This document shows positions 62,452-64,000 of a stretch of 64,000 bases of DNA, piece after piece (within the stretch, counting starts at the first letter, position 1; each line of letters opens with the position of its first letter). The notes below the pieces were generated by a model. That model was not told the DNA's origin and searched no databases. It saw only the letters and a program-made list of their open reading frames with translations. Both the position numbers and the translations under genes were made by a program. This stretch comes from an uncultured Nitrospiraceae bacterium (GTDB taxonomy: Bacteria > Nitrospirota > Nitrospiria > Nitrospirales > Nitrospiraceae), in the NCBI GenBank assembly GCA_963846575.1, contig CAWJWJ010000001.1, positions 1,184,001 to 1,248,000 of the forward strand, written 5' to 3'.

Positions 62452-63624
62452 TCACAATGGTTGGACTTGCACGGACGCGCCTTCACTGACGAGATCCTTT
62501 CCGGAGACGATGAGTTGTTCCTCTCCGGTCAGCCCTTCCAAAACCTCGACACGGTTATCCACACGGGTCCCCAGCCGGACCGGGACCTGATGCGCTTTCC
62601 CGTCCTTGACGACATAGACATATTGGGAGTCCTCCATGCGGCTGACTGCGTCCAGCGGTATTTGGACCGCCTGCGGATGTCTGCCGACCAGGACTTCGAC
62701 ACGGGCGAACATGCCGCCCTTGAGGCGATGATCCTTGTTCGGGAGATCGACTTCGACGGTCATCGTGCGAGTGGCGCGATTCAACGCCTGCACAATACGG
62801 GTGACCGTGCCCTCGAACACCTCGTTCGGATAGGCTTCGGCCCGAACATCTGCGCGCTGGCCGATCTGTATCAAAGGCACGTCCTTCTCCACGACCTCGA
62901 TGAGGGTGCGGACGGTTTCAACATCATGGATACTGAGGATGCCGCGCGACATGGTGGAGGTACTGGCGGTCGTTCCGCTCACATAGGCGCCGGGGTCGAG
63001 ATTGCGTTCCGCGATATAGCCGGCGAACGGGGCGCGGATGGAGGCGTAGGCCAGATTCGTTTCGGCCTGGGCCAGCGCCACCGCCATCTGTTGCACCTGG
63101 GCGCGCAGGGAATCCTGCAGGGCGAGCGCCGCATCGCGATTGACCTCTGCCGTATCCAGGTCCTGTTGGGACACGAACTCGTCCTTGATCAGCGCCCGCA
63201 TGCGGTTGAGCGTCAGCGCGGCGTTGCGTACGGCTGCCTCCTGCTGGACGACCTTCGCCTTCGCGGACAACAGATTCGCCTTCGCCTGGTTGACGGCATG
63301 GACATAGTCGGTGTGATCGATTTCGACGAGCAGTTGATTGGCCTTCACCAGGTCGCCCTTGTCCACGTAGATCTTGGCGATATATCCATCCACGCGCGAG
63401 AAGATGTTGACGAGTTGGTTCGGGATGAGGTCGGCGGTGTAGGTCAGCCGCACGTCCAGGTCCTGCCTGACGGGGCTCATGGTGCCGACGGTGAGAATGC
63501 GGTTTTTTCGCGCGTCGGTCTTGGCGCCGCTGCTGAGTCGAAACACGATCAATGCCGTGACGGCCACGAACAGAATGATGCCCAGGATGACGATCGGATG
63601 GCGCTTGATGGGGTTACCTGACAC
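62452..63624 (-). CDS. RND periplasmic adaptor (MFP)
   Basis: N-terminal TM, lipoyl halves (VDKGDLVK, IRAPFAG), hairpin. Confidence 0.93.
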   Translation of the reverse strand: MSGNPIKRHPIVILGIILFVAVTALIVFRLSSGAKTDARKNRILTVGTMSPVRQDLDVRLTYTADLIPNQLVNIFSRVDGYIAKIYVDKGDLVKANQLLVEIDHTDYVHAVNQAKANLLSAKAKVVQQEAAVRNAALTLNRMRALIKDEFVSQQDLDTAEVNRDAALALQDSLRAQVQQMAVALAQAETNLAYASIRAPFAGYIAERNLDPGAYVSGTTASTSTMSRGILSIHDVETVRTLIEVVEKDVPLIQIGQRADVRAEAYPNEVFEGTVTRIVQALNRATRTMTVEVDLPNKDHRLKGGMFARVEVLVGRHPQAVQIPLDAVSRMEDSQYVYVVKDGKAHQVPVRLGTRVDNRVEVLEGLTGEEQLIVSGKDLVSEGASVQVQPL

Positions 63625-64000
63625 GTGAGGATCCTCGCGGCTTGTTCATGGGCGCACGGGTGAGTCCGTGGAGAAAGAGTTCGACATAGGTGTCCACGAT
63701 TTCTTTGTGAGAGCAATGCAATGGCACCTCGAAGATCTCGTGGAGCAGCCGGTGATGGACCACCATGCCGATGAAGGCTCGTGCGGCCAATAGCGGATCG
63801 ATCGGCCGGAAGACGCCTTCGTCAATCCTGGTCTGAATGTACCCGGCAAGATAATCGTAAAACACCCGGTGTTGTTTGCCGAAAAACATGTCCGCCAACT
63901 CGTGGCCTTCGAGCGCGCTAAAGAGCAGCAGTCGAAGCATTGTGGGGTCGGCACCGGGACGGATACGGTAGCCGGCAATCTGCATAAAGACACCGTAGTC
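63614..64000 (-). CDS. TetR/AcrR-family regulator, C-terminal part (5' end outside window)
   Basis: EGVFRPIDP..AA.AF.G...ELFLHGL; upstream of the RND genes. Confidence 0.72.
   Translation of the reverse strand, partial: DYGVFMQIAGYRIRPGADPTMLRLLLFSALEGHELADMFFGKQHRVFYDYLAGYIQTRIDEGVFRPIDPLLAARAFIGMVVHHRLLHEIFEVPLHCSHKEIVDTYVELFLHGLTRAPMNKPRGSSRVR

Overview
GC-rich bacterial chromosomal window. Gene content and style suggest a Nitrospira-like organism (inference only). From left to right it holds: (i) a complex I operon nuoA-B-CD-E-F-G-H-I-J(partial) on the minus strand, led by an NDUFAF7/MidA-type methyltransferase; (ii) secA, split by a single-base frameshift; (iii) a ~27 kb metal-handling region (15.3-41.8 kb); (iv) housekeeping and hypothetical genes: mpg, a degenerate GAF histidine kinase, cytochrome c, DUF422-hpnA-ispA, several small Cys/His zinc-finger-like proteins including a PHD-type C4HC3 pattern, DUF2914, DUF2167 plus a site-2 protease, an FNR-like reductase, a divergent SpeD-like protein and SCP2; (v) an RND efflux pump with a TetR regulator. 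The metal region carries two Cys-motif BNR/sialidase-fold proteins, TonB, TlpA, three TonB-dependent receptors, an amidohydrolase lipoprotein, an S9-type hydrolase with Ser->Asp at the nucleophile, a cupredoxin-like protein, DsbA, a multi-YHS Cu-ATPase, DegP and NikR with a perfect operator. The most striking signal is three small exported proteins sharing one design: signal peptide, His-rich patch, CxWxC, a 41-42 aa spacer, then RAPPV near the C-terminus. They look like metal-sensing ribosome-arrest leader peptides placed at three points in the same locus. No rRNA, tRNA, CRISPR or transposase was recognised.
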